Shown here piece by piece: positions 7,743 to 17,547 of a stretch of 58,062 bases of DNA (position 1 is its first letter; each line of letters starts with the position of its first letter). Source of the DNA: an uncultured virus (IMG/VR IMGVR_UViG_3300027741_000028). Taxonomy: Duplodnaviria; Heunggongvirae; Uroviricota; Caudoviricetes. Made by a program: the position numbers and the translations under genes. Location: the IMG/VR virus record IMGVR_UViG_3300027741_000028. The stretch is one strand, 5' to 3'. The notes under the pieces are model-generated. The model had not been told where the DNA came from. It saw only the letters and a program-made list of their open reading frames with translations, and searched no databases.

Positions 7743-10574
7743 TTATGAACTGACTGTTGAAATGTTGGTGTTAGGGAATGCTCTACCAGCACCCCATACA
7801 ATTCGTACAACTCCAAGAGTACCATTAACACCATATGATTGTTGGTCAACGTTGTTACCTGCACCTCCTGAACCACCAGCTCCATATGATTTATACGTTC
7901 CAGCTTGGTTGTAACCATTTGGACCAAAAGGACTAGATCCTGAACCCGTAGTTCCAGGGACGTTGAAAGCTGATCCAGTACCACCTATACTGCTATTTGC
8001 ACCAGTAGTGCCTGTAGCTGAACCAGTAACCACAGCATTGCCGCCAGAACCACCAGTACCATAATAAGTACCTGCGGCACCGCCGCCAGCGCCGCCTTTA
8101 GTAGTTCTTGAATCATTACTACCACCAGTACCGCCGGCGCCACCAGTTCCAACTGTAACTGTGCCTCCTGAACTTCCAATCGATGCATCACCAGTTCCTG
8201 TAGCTGATACTGCAACTAATGCTGTTGCGCCTCTATATAAACCAGCAGCATATGTTGGTCCTGTCGCAGTTAATATAGGAATTTTAACGGTTAATGTTTC
8301 TCCAGGTGTGACACTAATATTGTTTACATAAGAAAGTCCGCCACCGCCACCGCCAGCATAACCACCAAAATCACTTGCATCGCCGCCATTATCTAAAGCT
8401 GGAGAACCACTACCAATTACAACTGCATTTATGCTAGTCAAAAATGCTGGAACTTGCCAAGTTGTTGTATAGTACTGTGTAACTTGTGGTATAGATACTC
8501 CACCTAAACTAGATGAAATTCCATTTGGATCAAATATAACGTTATTTGCTGTAGGTGCCACAGCCGTTGTGAAGCTATAATTGTATGCGTCATTACCAAC
8601 ATTTAAACCATCAAAATATGTATTAGCAGGAATCGAAACATAGTAAGTTGTAGATGGTGACATTCCGCTAGGTACGGTAATATAAACATTTGTATTGGTA
8701 CTAACATTAATAGTATTGGTTGCAAAAACAGTTCCACCTAAACTGCCAGTGTATATAACTGAATTAGCTTTAGTGTTTGATGAATAGATGGTTCTATTTG
8801 AGTTGAGTATAATTGGATCAGAACCATTATATACAGTTGAACCATTTGAGGGGCTTGAAGCTGTAAGTGTTAATGCTCCTGGATTACCGGTGTTAAAAGA
8901 ATAATTATATGATGAATTGAAGTGTCCAGTATCATCAGAATAAGCATTTGCTGGAATTGAAACATAATAGGTGCTGTTTGATTTAAATAAATTTGCAGCA
9001 CTTAAACTAATGTTGATAGGAGTACTCGAAATCATTGGTGTATCTGATGTTAAACCCGATGTTACTAAATTTGTTCCGTTATAATTATCTGACCATATAC
9101 TATAAGTCGGAGTCCCTGAATAAATTGTTGATGCTGGATGATTTGGTGTTAATATTAATTGACTTATTGGACTGGTAATAGTTGAACCAACTCCTGGATT
9201 TGTTGCTACCATTGTCAACGGAGCTAAGTTAACAGCAAAAGCAGGAATTATAAAAACATTACTACTTTTGCCGCCAGACCAAGGTAAACCCGATCCAGGT
9301 GGATCTACAGTATAAGAAATACCATTTATATTAGAACTATTTGCAACAGGCATCGTAATAGCACCAGCGTTTATAGTAATAATTTCTGTATAATCTATAC
9401 CACTTATTATATTAGCAACATTAGCAGTATAGTTAGCAGTAAATATATTACCAAAAAAAGCATTGGCGTCAGTTGCAGTGCTGGTTACAAGTGTTAGGTC
9501 ACTCAATGTTCCGCCACCACTTGTTGTAATTAATTTTGAATTCGCAGAATTGGCCAAAGAACCAAACATATCTATATACACTTTAATTACGCCGTTAGCT
9601 GTATTTGGCGTCCTTGTATATACAGCGGTTGTGTTAAATTTATTGGTACTATTATTAATAATATTATAATAAACTGAAGTAACACCAATATTGTTTAAAC
9701 CGCTGTCCGTATAAGCTGCAGCAGGAATTGATAATTGACTAAAATAATTATTACTTGTAAAAGCTGAACTAGGAAGATACATTTCTGCATACCGAAGTGT
9801 ACTGGTTTGATTTGCGGATACTGTAGTTGTTGTATTGTTTGCATATATTGTTGCAGCGATTGTTGGAGTAAAACCATAATAGAGTGGTATAGACCTTTTT
9901 ATATCGATGGATGTCAAACCTGTCGAACCACTATTTGCAACACCAGCTGCACCCATATTAGTAAGAGAAATTTGAATTCTTCTGTTGCTTGCTGCAACTG
10001 AAGTTGTACCAATCATATTATTTGCAATTTGTCTAGTTGCATTTAAAAAATTTGGATCTGAAAAAGTGAATACAGGATATGAGGTACTTGATTTGGAAAC
10101 AACACTTATAAGTGCATATGGTAAATATGCGCCAGCTATTGCTTCAGAATAAATAGATAAGTTACTTAGATTATTAACACTTACTTGGCCAGCTGGAATG
10201 CTAATTTGTCCCACAGCACCAGCAAAAGAAAAATTAAATTTGTAAAGTTTAGGATCAACAGAATCTTGTGCAAACGATGTGACTGATGTTGAAGTACCAG
10301 TTAAACTTAAATTTGCTGTAGAAAATTGACTTGTATTAACAGGTATGTTCCATTTTACAGTTACTGCCACTAATTGTCCGGCTATAACTTGTGATCCAGA
10401 AGCTTTACCATCATAGTCAATCGAAACGTTTGCGGTTAGAGATGAAGTGTTTGCTCGTTCCCATCTAGTACTTGTGCTATTGTATATGTATAACTTATTA
10501 CCAAAATTTCTATATGTACCATCAGCAGCAGGTGTCAAATCAATTGCCATTATGGTCTCCCAATTTCTATCCAA
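7743..10574 (-). CDS. Large virion surface protein with Ig-like repeats and glycine-rich C-terminal domain (start may be 10550)
   Basis: Two similar modules ending STYYVSIPANAY...YNYSFNT and TTYYVSIPANTY...YNYSFTT (Big_5-like), plus a Gly-rich C-terminus ending GVVRIVWG. Confidence 0.7.
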   Translation of the reverse strand: MDRNWETIMAIDLTPAADGTYRNFGNKLYIYNSTSTRWERANTSSLTANVSIDYDGKASGSQVIAGQLVAVTVKWNIPVNTSQFSTANLSLTGTSTSVTSFAQDSVDPKLYKFNFSFAGAVGQISIPAGQVSVNNLSNLSIYSEAIAGAYLPYALISVVSKSSTSYPVFTFSDPNFLNATRQIANNMIGTTSVAASNRRIQISLTNMGAAGVANSGSTGLTSIDIKRSIPLYYGFTPTIAATIYANNTTTTVSANQTSTLRYAEMYLPSSAFTSNNYFSQLSIPAAAYTDSGLNNIGVTSVYYNIINNSTNKFNTTAVYTRTPNTANGVIKVYIDMFGSLANSANSKLITTSGGGTLSDLTLVTSTATDANAFFGNIFTANYTANVANIISGIDYTEIITINAGAITMPVANSSNINGISYTVDPPGSGLPWSGGKSSNVFIIPAFAVNLAPLTMVATNPGVGSTITSPISQLILTPNHPASTIYSGTPTYSIWSDNYNGTNLVTSGLTSDTPMISSTPINISLSAANLFKSNSTYYVSIPANAYSDDTGHFNSSYNYSFNTGNPGALTLTASSPSNGSTVYNGSDPIILNSNRTIYSSNTKANSVIYTGSLGGTVFATNTINVSTNTNVYITVPSGMSPSTTYYVSIPANTYFDGLNVGNDAYNYSFTTAVAPTANNVIFDPNGISSSLGGVSIPQVTQYYTTTWQVPAFLTSINAVVIGSGSPALDNGGDASDFGGYAGGGGGGLSYVNNISVTPGETLTVKIPILTATGPTYAAGLYRGATALVAVSATGTGDASIGSSGGTVTVGTGGAGGTGGSNDSRTTKGGAGGGAAGTYYGTGGSGGNAVVTGSATGTTGANSSIGGTGSAFNVPGTTGSGSSPFGPNGYNQAGTYKSYGAGGSGGAGNNVDQQSYGVNGTLGVVRIVWGAGRAFPNTNISTVSS

Positions 10575-10903
10575 CCGCTGCTTGTTACACCATTACCAGC
10601 TGCAACATATAATGACCAGACACCGGTAGTTGTATCATACCATGTGTCACCTTCTATTGGATTTGACGGTGCAGTACTTGTCAAAGTTTTAGTAAATTTA
10701 GTTTGTGCCGCTGTTATTTGTCTTGTACCATCACCAAAAGTTATACCACCTGAACTTGATGATAATGTAATATTTCCTGTAACAGCAACATTACTGGAAA
10801 CATTTAGTGTTCCAACGCCGCCTAAGTTATTTGCTGTGTTTGCACCTGTTGCGGCATTCAATATTGTAATTGTATCTGAATAATGATTAAATGATATTGA
10901 CAT
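10550..10903 (-). CDS. Small fibre-associated protein (117 aa)
   Basis: ITFGDGTRQITAA and APSNPIEGDTWYDT motifs typical of phage fibre modules; abuts its neighbours. Confidence 0.7.
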   Translation of the reverse strand: MSISFNHYSDTITILNAATGANTANNLGGVGTLNVSSNVAVTGNITLSSSSGGITFGDGTRQITAAQTKFTKTLTSTAPSNPIEGDTWYDTTTGVWSLYVAAGNGVTSSGWIEIGRP

Positions 10904-12104
10904 TAGAATGTTACCTCAGCAGTTTCGAGCTTACAGTACCAACGAATAGTATTTGTTGCATCACCTTTTACAGTTAGTTGCAAACCACCATTGGTTGTAT
11001 CAGTAGTAATTGTAAAATACCAACCATTGGTTAATGCAACAGAGTCTATATTAATTACACTTATTGTAGGAATTCCTAATAAAGTGGTTGAAGCTGCTGT
11101 TGCTGCTCTTGTGATGACTCCTTCAAAAGTCCATGCGGCATTTGCAGCCGAACCTGTAACGGTAGCAACCATAGTTCCTTTGAATTGAAATAAGGAATTA
11201 TTTGGCAAAATCAACATATTTCGGTTGCCCACGCTGTTGCTTATTGTAGGTGATCCGTCAACTAACAACAATTGTGGTGTAGCAGATGTTGTTTTGCCCG
11301 CAAATGGCATTATTCCACTTTGAGCATATCCTGTATTTACTCCAGCACTACCATAAGCAATACCACTACTTGTTAAAACATTATAAAATTTTACACCTCT
11401 AGAATAAGCATAATTACCACCAAGAATAACACTGCCTGTGCTATCACATAATGATTTTGACCTCCAATAGCTACAGCATTTGTACCAGAAACAGAGTTGG
11501 TATTTCCACCAATACTTGCTGAAGCTTGTCCAGAAGCTTTACTATCATATCCACCTAACAATGCAGAGAATTGTCCAGAAGCTACAGACGTAGGTGAAAA
11601 TCTTACTAATTGTAAATCAACCGACATTTGGCCACGAAATCCACCAGGATGTCCGTCAGTACCGGATATACCATTAAATGTTGGATTTGGTATTGATGTT
11701 AAAATACCACCCCATCCTCTTGGTTGAAAATATATTGAAACGTTTGCTTCTGGTGTATAAGTATTTGATAAAGTATTAGTGCCCTGATGTGGACCACCAT
11801 ATCCATCAATATAACCGCTAGTATTAATACCAACATATATGTTATTACTGGTATTTGGTCTAGTTGCTGAACCAAAATATATTGGATATTTGTTATTAGC
11901 TAAAAAACTAATACTATTACCAGTTAAGGTAATATTGCCGTCAGCACCAGTAGAAACAATCTGGGACCATGCAACGTTTGTTCCACTATAAACTACTTTT
12001 TTATACAGTATATTCGTTTTCGTACTGTAGTACTCATCACCAACATCTGAAAATGTTGGTGGTGTATCAGTAACTGTATATTTTAAGTAATTCTTAGTTG
12101 ACAT
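10903..12104 (-). pseudogene. Fibre/adhesin-like gene (~400 aa) split by a 1-nt frameshift near 11446
   Basis: The track ORFs 11391-12104 and 10903-11310 join into one frame. The repeats ALLGG/ASIGG/VAIGG continue as DSTGSVILGGNYAYSRG... in the -1 frame, which is open into MPFAGK. Confidence 0.75.
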
Positions 12105-12105
12105 A

Positions 12106-14895
12106 TTACGCTTGTGCTTCAGTCCAACTTAAACGTGCATTAATTGTATTCGTTCCACCAAGAGCAACCGCAGTAACTGTAATAACATCCGGACCATCTG
12201 GATATAAACCAGCTGGTGTTGTTGGTACATTTAATGAAGTAGCACCACCCAAAATACTATTACCAATATCACGAACTTGGTTCAAGTCTTGAGATGTTGC
12301 GCCCGCATTTGATGTAAAGAATCCGTAAATACTTTCACCACCAGTTATTGCTGTATTAGCAGCATGATAAGCAACTTGTGCCAATGAAGAACCACCAACA
12401 GATGCAAAAGTTCCTGATGCTGGTCTACCATTCAATATCAATTCAATCCTAAAAGCAGCACCAGTTGTATATGTGTCCATTGAACGTAATGTCAATTGCA
12501 TACGGTTAATAATTTCACGAACACCTAACAAACCAGATTGTCCTTGGTCAACAGAAGGCGATAAGCGAACAGACATTAGAGCATATCTGGTATTAATACC
12601 CTGATTAATAAGTGTTGTATTCATACCTGAGTTAAACACAAAACTTCTGTCATCGTCAAAACGACCATCCATAATCACAGAAGAACCCCAATGGCCAATC
12701 GTACTTGCAATTGTTGGAGAATATAATTCAACTTTAATTGGATTGATTGCTGAGTATGTAAATGTTGTGGCTGATGTACCACCAGTTTGGCCACGAGCAC
12801 CAATTGTCAAAGTATTGGATGTTTTTGAAGTATATGTAATATATTCTATCGCTGCACCAGTAGCGGCACCAGCAGTTATTGCAACAGTACCTGAACTTGG
12901 CCAACCTGTTGTATCATTTACTGATATAGTTGCGCCAGCACCTGAACCAGATGATAATGTTGAAGTCAAATATGTATAGTAAGGTATTGTATTTGTTTCA
13001 TAACGTGCTGGTAAGTTACCAGAACGCATATATGCTTCAGTGTTAACGTTATTATTTGGAATTCTGTGGCAGTAAATAACTTCACCACGATTGTTTTTAA
13101 ATCCAAAACGAATTGCACCTGCACCATACCATGTGAAGTCGATGTAGAACATTTGCATTTTGGTTAAATCAACTGTATAACCACTGGCTCCAGTGCCATC
13201 TACCTTATCAATATTCCATGTACTTTGTGGATAACGAGTATCAATAGTTTTTGTTACAAGGCTATTCACTGTATTGGTTGCACCACGATATTCTGGATAA
13301 ATCTGCATTGTAGTATCAGTTGTTATATTTTGTACCAAATATGACATTCCACGAATAACAATATAATCACCTGGAGTTAATTGTGTAGAAAATTTTGTAT
13401 TTGTTCCTACAACGTTATGGCTGCCAGCTGTTGTTGCAACTGAACCTGATAAGAACTTAGCACTTGAACGTTTCACTGCATACAATGTTACACCATCATA
13501 TTCGTAGAAGAAACCATTTTGTTGGTCAAACATACCAACACGATTTGAACCACCATACCATAAATTAGGTGCTGCAATAATGTTTGCACCAGTTGCTGGT
13601 GTTGCTGATGGAGTTGAACCAGCTGAATATGTAAAAGTAGTTGGATTGGATGTACCTGTAACAGTAAATGTTCCATTGTATGCTGTTTCATTACATCCAC
13701 TTATTGCCACGTTTGCACCAGTCAATAATCCATGTGGGAATTTTGTTGTTACTGTACAAACAGTTGTTGCAGATGTAATAGTATCAATATAAATTGGTGG
13801 TTTTAGTAAAGAACCTGTAGAGAATTGAATACCTTTACCTGACTGATAACGGAATTGACGGCGTGTTTGACGAATAACTTGATAACCATGATACGGACTC
13901 AAGTTAGTAAATTGAACAGCACCAATTGGCGCACGATGTTCAACATAACCAAGAGCTCTTGGAAAAATAGAATTGTTTGCCGTTAATGTTGTTGTACCAC
14001 CAGAAACAGGAGAAGTAAAGGTAAATGTACTATTTGTTGGTGTTGTTGCTACAATGTAACTGCTATTATTTGGTTGAGTGGCACTTGTTGCATTAACAAC
14101 ATAGATACCATCACCTGGTCTTAGTCCGTGAGCATTTAGTGTAGTCGCTGTTCCTGTTGTGCCAGAATATGTTATTCCACCAGTTGCTGCTTGAATTGCT
14201 GAGTTTGAAAAGAATGTTGATTGAAAAACATATGTTTTATTTGCATCATACAAAGTTGCTGCCGGTGTATTTGTAGTTGTGTATGTAAATTGAGTTGTGT
14301 TTGAATTCTCAACTACCCACCAGCCATCTGCATTACCTATATCCAAAGTACCTTGAATAAAGATTGGTGTACCATTTGACAATTGTGCTGTTGTACTAAC
14401 TCTAACTGTTTTTGATGATGCTGCAACATCAGTAATTGTTACAGGTGCAGTTGAATCATAAAAAGCTGAAGGCTTATTATTCAATAGGTTAATTTGTTCC
14501 CACTTAGTAGGTTGTAAACCATATTCAAAGTCGGTATCAATAAGAGATTGTGGTGTAGAAACACGAAGTTTTTCTACAGGGTCACGCATCACTTCTGATG
14601 GAATAATTTCTGTGTAAGTTTCTTCTGTAAGTATTGCCAACTTATCTGTGGCATTCATTGCAGCTGTATTAAAGTTTAATACAATCGTGGTTGTTTCTTG
14701 ACCAGTTGTGGTAGATATAGTTTGAGTAACACTGGTTGTCTGCAAATTTGGATCAGAGAAATTATAAATCACTGTGCCAGTTGTTGTGTTTGTAATCAAC
14801 AACAATTGTTCTTTGCGGATAAATTTACCAGTAACTACAATAGTTTTTGTAGACGGTGTAAATGTATACGCTTCTAATATAACATGTTTTGCCAT
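12106..14895 (-). CDS. Virion structural protein (929 aa)
   Basis: RVSTPQSLIDTDFEYGLQPTKWE, IRQTRRQFRYQSGKG and YMRSGNLPARYE segments resemble large structural proteins of environmental T4-like phages. Confidence 0.75.
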   Translation of the reverse strand: MAKHVILEAYTFTPSTKTIVVTGKFIRKEQLLLITNTTTGTVIYNFSDPNLQTTSVTQTISTTTGQETTTIVLNFNTAAMNATDKLAILTEETYTEIIPSEVMRDPVEKLRVSTPQSLIDTDFEYGLQPTKWEQINLLNNKPSAFYDSTAPVTITDVAASSKTVRVSTTAQLSNGTPIFIQGTLDIGNADGWWVVENSNTTQFTYTTTNTPAATLYDANKTYVFQSTFFSNSAIQAATGGITYSGTTGTATTLNAHGLRPGDGIYVVNATSATQPNNSSYIVATTPTNSTFTFTSPVSGGTTTLTANNSIFPRALGYVEHRAPIGAVQFTNLSPYHGYQVIRQTRRQFRYQSGKGIQFSTGSLLKPPIYIDTITSATTVCTVTTKFPHGLLTGANVAISGCNETAYNGTFTVTGTSNPTTFTYSAGSTPSATPATGANIIAAPNLWYGGSNRVGMFDQQNGFFYEYDGVTLYAVKRSSAKFLSGSVATTAGSHNVVGTNTKFSTQLTPGDYIVIRGMSYLVQNITTDTTMQIYPEYRGATNTVNSLVTKTIDTRYPQSTWNIDKVDGTGASGYTVDLTKMQMFYIDFTWYGAGAIRFGFKNNRGEVIYCHRIPNNNVNTEAYMRSGNLPARYETNTIPYYTYLTSTLSSGSGAGATISVNDTTGWPSSGTVAITAGAATGAAIEYITYTSKTSNTLTIGARGQTGGTSATTFTYSAINPIKVELYSPTIASTIGHWGSSVIMDGRFDDDRSFVFNSGMNTTLINQGINTRYALMSVRLSPSVDQGQSGLLGVREIINRMQLTLRSMDTYTTGAAFRIELILNGRPASGTFASVGGSSLAQVAYHAANTAITGGESIYGFFTSNAGATSQDLNQVRDIGNSILGGATSLNVPTTPAGLYPDGPDVITVTAVALGGTNTINARLSWTEAQA

Positions 14896-14900
14896 TTTAA

Positions 14901-16037
14901 TTAATCTCCTAGTGCTATCGTTGTAGCAGAATATGGATACTTACGAGTTTGTACGTTTGTTGCCTTATTTATGATAGTTACTATCGCTTGGTCTGTTGGT
15001 GCTGGGGAATTATATATGATTAAGTTTGCTGTATTTGCATCAGAAACCACACGGAAACCTATAAAAGAATCATAAGGTGTCAACCAAGGATATGTATTCT
15101 GTTTAATATATGGCGCCAAACGCAGACCATTTACTATTACTTCCATGTTTCTTGAATCAACAACATCACTACTTGTAATATTTGTTTGGTCTGTAAACAA
15201 AGTAAACACAGATTTTGAACCAGTAAATTGATTGGAAATATCATTCAATACTAATGGTAATATTGTAGAACCACCAGTATTCGCTTGTGCAAATGCCGCA
15301 TTAGCTTGAATGTATGCAGAATTGGCTTGTATTCTAGCCCATCCATCAGTTGAAGCACCGCCTGTATTTGCTTGTGCATATGCCGCATTGGCCATAACAA
15401 AGGCACCATTAGCATATACACCAGCTGATGTACCTATTGGTTCTGCGTTTGCCTGTATGAAAGCTGCGTTAGCTTGAATAAAGGAGTTTGCTGCTAATGT
15501 ATTGGCACTATTGGCTTGTATAAAACTAGCATTTGCTTGAATGTATGAATTAGCCGCAAGAGTATTAGCACTATTGGCTTGTATAAATGAAGCATTAGCC
15601 TGTATGTATGAATTGGCTGCTAAGGTGTTAGCAGAGTTGGCTTGAATGAAACTGGCGTTTGCTTGTATATACGAGTTAGCCGCTAAAGTATTTGCAGAGT
15701 TGGCCTGTATAAAAGAAGCATTAGCCTGAATATAGGAGTTTGCTGCTAATGTATTAGCACTATTGGCTTGAATAAAAGCTGCATTAATAGAAGCAGTCGG
15801 AGATGTTGATAGTGTTGTACCATCTACAAATGTAATATTATTTGAAGTACCAGTGATGTATATGGAACCTGTAAATACATTACCTTTTATACCAACACCA
15901 CCAGCAACTGTTAAAGTACCTGTTGAGTTTGATGTTGCATTTGTTGTACCAGTTATAGATGCGTTTGCGCCTACCGTAATAAAGGTATCAATTGTCGTAT
16001 TGCCGTATACTCTTGTGCCTGATTGAAGTTTTGCCAT
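14901..16037 (-). CDS. Fibre-like protein with QANSANTLAANSYI repeats (378 aa)
   Basis: Five copies of the repeat shared with 17547-20282, an ITFVDGT motif and a globular C-terminus. Confidence 0.75.
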   Translation of the reverse strand: MAKLQSGTRVYGNTTIDTFITVGANASITGTTNATSNSTGTLTVAGGVGIKGNVFTGSIYITGTSNNITFVDGTTLSTSPTASINAAFIQANSANTLAANSYIQANASFIQANSANTLAANSYIQANASFIQANSANTLAANSYIQANASFIQANSANTLAANSYIQANASFIQANSANTLAANSFIQANAAFIQANAEPIGTSAGVYANGAFVMANAAYAQANTGGASTDGWARIQANSAYIQANAAFAQANTGGSTILPLVLNDISNQFTGSKSVFTLFTDQTNITSSDVVDSRNMEVIVNGLRLAPYIKQNTYPWLTPYDSFIGFRVVSDANTANLIIYNSPAPTDQAIVTIINKATNVQTRKYPYSATTIALGD

Positions 16038-16050
16038 AGTCTTATATTTA

Positions 16051-17547
16051 TTACACTAAATTACCGGTATATTCATCAAATTCACCTGAAACATATTCTA
16101 CACCCGTACTAACAACTCGCCGAGCAAAGTTGTTGATGTTGATGCTGGTGGTTGCTCCGGTGGCCACATAGGTGCTCAAGGATGATGACTGTTCGATCTG
16201 AGCACCCCAAAAATACATGCCACTGGTACCATCACCAATATAGCTGGTACTTCCTCCACTGATTATGTGAGTTATCATGGCCACCGTGGTATCCGTGCTG
16301 TTTAAAGTAACACCATTCAAGGAACAACGATACCATCCATCACCAATCAAGGTAATGGTAGCACTCACGATAGTGGATCCCACAGTATTAAATGCAAAGG
16401 TACTGCTGCCAGCACCGGCCAGAGTAAAATTATATGCATAGTACTTGTTGAAAGTAGTCCAGCTCTGGCAGACCAATTGAAAACTTGTTCTTTCTTTTGC
16501 CTTTGCAAAAATAGAAAAAGTATATGGATTACTTAGGTTTACACCTGAAATTTTGCCAAGTGCAGTGTTATTAATAAAATTATGGTTAAGTGCGGTCGCT
16601 GTAACGGTTTCTTGAAGAAAATTTGCTGTGTTTGATCCGTCAGGTGCAGCGATATAATTAGGAAACACAGTTGCGTTTGTGGTTCCCCAATATGTTGACT
16701 TGGAAAAATCTTGACTGTATGTTAGTAAATTTGTGGTGGTACTCACACCATTAAAACCAATTTGTCCTGTGCCGCCATTAGGACTATAACTGACTTCATC
16801 AAACGAACCAGACACATACTCTATGCCTGACGCAATAGTACGTTGTGCAAAGTTGTTGATGTTGATACTAGTTGTTGCTCCGGTGGCCACATAAGCGGTT
16901 GCAGCGGAACCTAATTCAACTTGAGCTCCCCATAGATAAATTCCAGAAGTACCATCACCAGTAAAATTGGCAATATAACTAGCATCTAGTAGGGTTATCG
17001 CAAAAACATAATTTCCACCATCCGCATCTGACGTGGCAGTTACAGTGATTCTATACCAGCCATTCCCCACTGAAGTAATAGTTACTGTTGATCCATTTAG
17101 AATTGTATTGGTAGTTCCAGCAGCTAGATCAAATGTTCCACCATAATTTGTACTATTAAATCCAGTGTTACCAAAGTATACCTGAACTTTAGAATATCCC
17201 CCCGCCTTCAAATAGATAGAACCACAATATGCTGTACTGATTGCTCCAGTAAAAAGTTTATAACAAACTGAACTTGAGCTAACACCTGTTGATTTGATTA
17301 TAAGGTCAGCTGTGGTTGATCCGTCAGGTGCGGCAGTTGAGTCAGCACTGACAGTATAATCATTTGGCGCAACATTCTTATTCCAGTTTGTAAAATCTTG
17401 ACTATAATTTAACTTGTTTACACTAGTACTCACACCATTGTTGTAGGTATAAGCACCAGTGGTACCATTAAGACTGTAACTAACTTCATCAAGTGAGTTG
17501 TTAACAAGAAATGTGCCAGTAGGTAATATTCTACTTGCTATAGCCAT
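16051..17547 (-). CDS. Spike/fibre protein with two tandem carbohydrate-binding-like jelly-roll modules
   Basis: Two copies of N.L.YSQDF...APDG...GWYR...GAQ(V/I)E...YVATGATTSININNF. Confidence 0.7.
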   Translation of the reverse strand: MAIASRILPTGTFLVNNSLDEVSYSLNGTTGAYTYNNGVSTSVNKLNYSQDFTNWNKNVAPNDYTVSADSTAAPDGSTTADLIIKSTGVSSSSVCYKLFTGAISTAYCGSIYLKAGGYSKVQVYFGNTGFNSTNYGGTFDLAAGTTNTILNGSTVTITSVGNGWYRITVTATSDADGGNYVFAITLLDASYIANFTGDGTSGIYLWGAQVELGSAATAYVATGATTSININNFAQRTIASGIEYVSGSFDEVSYSPNGGTGQIGFNGVSTTTNLLTYSQDFSKSTYWGTTNATVFPNYIAAPDGSNTANFLQETVTATALNHNFINNTALGKISGVNLSNPYTFSIFAKAKERTSFQLVCQSWTTFNKYYAYNFTLAGAGSSTFAFNTVGSTIVSATITLIGDGWYRCSLNGVTLNSTDTTVAMITHIISGGSTSYIGDGTSGMYFWGAQIEQSSSLSTYVATGATTSININNFARRVVSTGVEYVSGEFDEYTGNLV

